Below, piece by piece: positions 19,156 through 21,602 of a DNA stretch of 21,602 nt; the first letter of the stretch is position 1, and the number at the start of each line of letters is the position of its first letter. The stretch comes from Priapulus caudatus (taxonomy: Eukaryota), in contig NW_014577073.1 in NCBI RefSeq assembly GCF_000485595.1, forward strand, positions 606,816 through 628,417, read 5' to 3'. The translations under genes were made by a program, and so were the position numbers. Below the pieces are notes generated by a model. That model worked only from the letters and a program-made list of their open reading frames with translations. It ran no database searches and was not told where the DNA came from.

Positions 19156-19956
19156 GGCCGGTAGTGTGGTGGTAGGGAGAAATGGGTGAGGAGGGTGAGA
19201 GATGTGTGGTGCATCTGATATAAGCGAAGCATTGACTTATACTGTACGTGAGTCTGGCAGGGGTGAGGTAATAGAGACAGATAGCGACGGAGAGAACAGA
19301 GAGAGAGAGTAGAGGCCGTATCTTATAGTCTGCTCTCCCTCGTCACCCTCTGCTCTCTACTCATCTCTCTCTTCTCTTCGTCTCTCTCGTCCTCTCTTCT
19401 CTTTTTTTGCTCTCGGACACAACATTTTGAAATCATGTTGACCGCAGCGACTAATTTGATTGGTCTGGCGGAGTGATTTTGTTGGGCCGATTGCGCCGGG
19501 TGGCATTGGCGCAACACACGTTCAACTCACAAGTTGCCACCGACGAGCAATTTTCGTAGTGAGTAAATCGAAACCGTGTTGATTCTCGCACTCACGTGTC
19601 AGCCCCATAAATGTCCGTGGTGACTTTGGTCGGTCGTTTGGCCCCCGTACGCACTTGGCCATTTTTGGTGGGCGACCACGACAAATTGCCTGTACACACC
19701 ATTGAAAAATACTTTGAATTCATGATAAATCTGCCAGATAAAGGCTCACTACTTTTTCCGTACACTGTAATTTTATATACAAGCTCAAGTGAGTTTTACT
19801 GAAATGTAGGCAGAAAGTAAAGTTCGAGCTTTCAAAAAGCTATGCGTTGACGTATTTTGCTATAATATAGCTGGTGTTCCATTACACCTGCCTAATAAAC
19901 ATTGCTTTTATAACCTGAATTTTAGAAATCCACTTTTGCTAACCAGCGCGCGACTG

Positions 19957-20450
19957 GCTGAACATCTCGGCCAAAACTCTGCGTATGTAAACTACGAACG
20001 GCGGTTTTTATGCGGCTGCATAAATGCAGCCTGATAGACAGCGAGCGACTGCTAACATCCGGGCTCAAACTCTTCGTATGTAAAACTACGTACCGGTTTT
20101 TTATGGCGGGCTGCATAATACGCAGCCCTGATAACAGCGGACGAACTGCTAACATGCCGGCTGCAAACTCGTCGCGTATGTAAACTATCGGAAACCGGTT
20201 TTTTATGCGGCTGCATAATAACAGCCCTGATAATACGAGCGAAAGCGAACTGCAAACATCCGGCTAAACTCCGCCGTATGTAAATCGTACGAACCGCGCG
20301 TTTTGTATGCGGGCTGCATATATAGCAGCCCTGATACAAGCGACGCTGCTAACATCCGGGCTCAAACTCCGGCGTATGTAAAGACTACGAACTGCGGTTT
20401 TATTGCGGAGCTGGCATAATAGGCAGTCCCTGAAAGAACGACGACTGCCA
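19957..20450. repeat. Degenerate ~94-104-bp tandem repeat, about 5 copies
   Basis: GCTAACATCCGGGCTCAAACTC..CGTATGTAAA..TACGAACCGGTTTTTATGCGGGCTGCATA..CAGCCCTGATA recurs at about 19957, 20051, 20148, 20252, 20348 with many indels. Confidence 0.9.
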
Positions 20451-21224
20451 AAGTCAAAACAGACTATTTCCTTGCAACCATTGGCAGTCCACAAGACCAA
20501 CGTGTAACACTAAGCTTGCTGGTGGAAACAAGAATAAACAGCGCGCGACTGCTAAAGTTTGACAGAAATAGACTAAGAAGCCGGTGATAGGAACGTTGAG
20601 TTCAACTAAGATAACTCTCATAACAACTTTGAAGCTGCCTATTAAAAGCCGCATCGCAGTATAATCGAAATAGATTAGATATTGTTACACTAGTGTTATT
20701 GTAAAGAAATCAATTTTTAACAGAACTATATGTATTCCTTGCATCATTACAATAATCAAAGGTTAAATACTCTCGAATAGTACGGCAATGTAGGTAAAAG
20801 TTAATATCGCAACTAAAAAGTTTAAAATCATACAAGTTAAGAAAAACTACTACGTGTACAGGTTGAATTAAATCACAGCTTTTATTAGGGCCAATACCAG
20901 ATAATAATTTTTTATATTGAAGTGCAATGCAATTACTATGTCCAAAGTATAACCCTTCAGATAGACCAGAGATATTTTGTTTGGTACAAACGTTTAAAAA
21001 GAGCTAGTTTTAGTCGTGGCACTATTGTAACAAATGAGCTACATACATCAGAAAACATGAAAATACAGTAACTAATTATATATACAACTTTTTATATACA
21101 AAATTCACTGTGTAAACAATATATCGAAAGTTTTCTTCTGTTTAATGTTAAAAAATCGGGTTCCAAAAATAGGCAAAATTAGCGTGACTGACAATTGATT
21201 TTTCCAAACACAACAGCATCTTAC

Positions 21225-21360
21225 CAAAAGTTACACTGTAGGCCGTAAATTTAGTCTCCTCTGAAGGCTTCGATCCTGGCCTTATATCTTTCAAGTGTTT
21301 TCTAAGTACTCCAACACATTTCTCTTCAATCACGCGAGTGAGCCGCTGTTATCCCCGTAC
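21225..21360 (-). other. Orphan exon-like segment (unknown gene, pseudo-exon or non-coding exon)
   Basis: Acceptor atttttacag at 21361 and donor G|GTAAGA at 21224 bracket a less AT-rich island, but all three frames contain a stop. Confidence 0.3.
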
Positions 21361-21602
21361 CTGTAAAAATATATGTTCAATTATTTTATTTAAGGATGTT
21401 TTTTCTAAAAAATATTATTATGTAACAATTGCACTCCTTAAACCAAATTTTTTATTATTAGGAATTGAGATTTCACATTAATCGTCTTTTAAAAGAAGTA
21501 TTATGCCAACAATTACGTAAACGAAAAGCCAAATGATAATTTACTCTTGTTATTAACAAAATGAGCTTCGACACTCTTCTTCTTTCTTTATGACATATTA
21601 TA

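Noticed and set aside
18779..19189. 136-aa Cys/Val and Arg/Glu-rich ORF (also 18308-18550 and 8463-8870)
   Set aside because: Translations of microsatellite and minisatellite sequence.
19957..20450. Tandem hammerhead ribozymes (retrozyme) in the ~97-bp repeat
   Set aside because: AGCCC-TGATA...GGGCT is suggestive, but the CUGANGA and GAAA core and stems II/III are not consistently present.

Overview
Eukaryotic genomic DNA from a draft assembly with two N-gaps, most likely an invertebrate animal (species not determinable). It contains the 5' part of an intron-rich USP34 orthologue (deubiquitinase; Drosophila puffyeye) on the minus strand. I traced 27 GT-AG coding exons by hand from the ATG at 17193 down to 83 (4265 coding nt, about 1420 aa), and the gene continues beyond the left edge, so the catalytic USP domain is outside the window. 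All splice phases chain correctly except across the gap at 5844-5931, where conserved exon(s) are missing; a short 17-aa conserved segment is also not found. Comparisons to human USP34 are from memory. Introns hold microsatellites, three minisatellites next to splice sites (one duplicates a donor in frame) and a Helentron/DINE-1-like element. Upstream (17194-21602) are a motif-dense candidate promoter, a 39-bp palindrome with 7-bp flanking direct repeats, repeat remnants, a ~97-bp satellite and an orphan exon-like segment. I found no prokaryotic-type or clearly novel system; most listed ORFs are antisense shadows or repeat translations.
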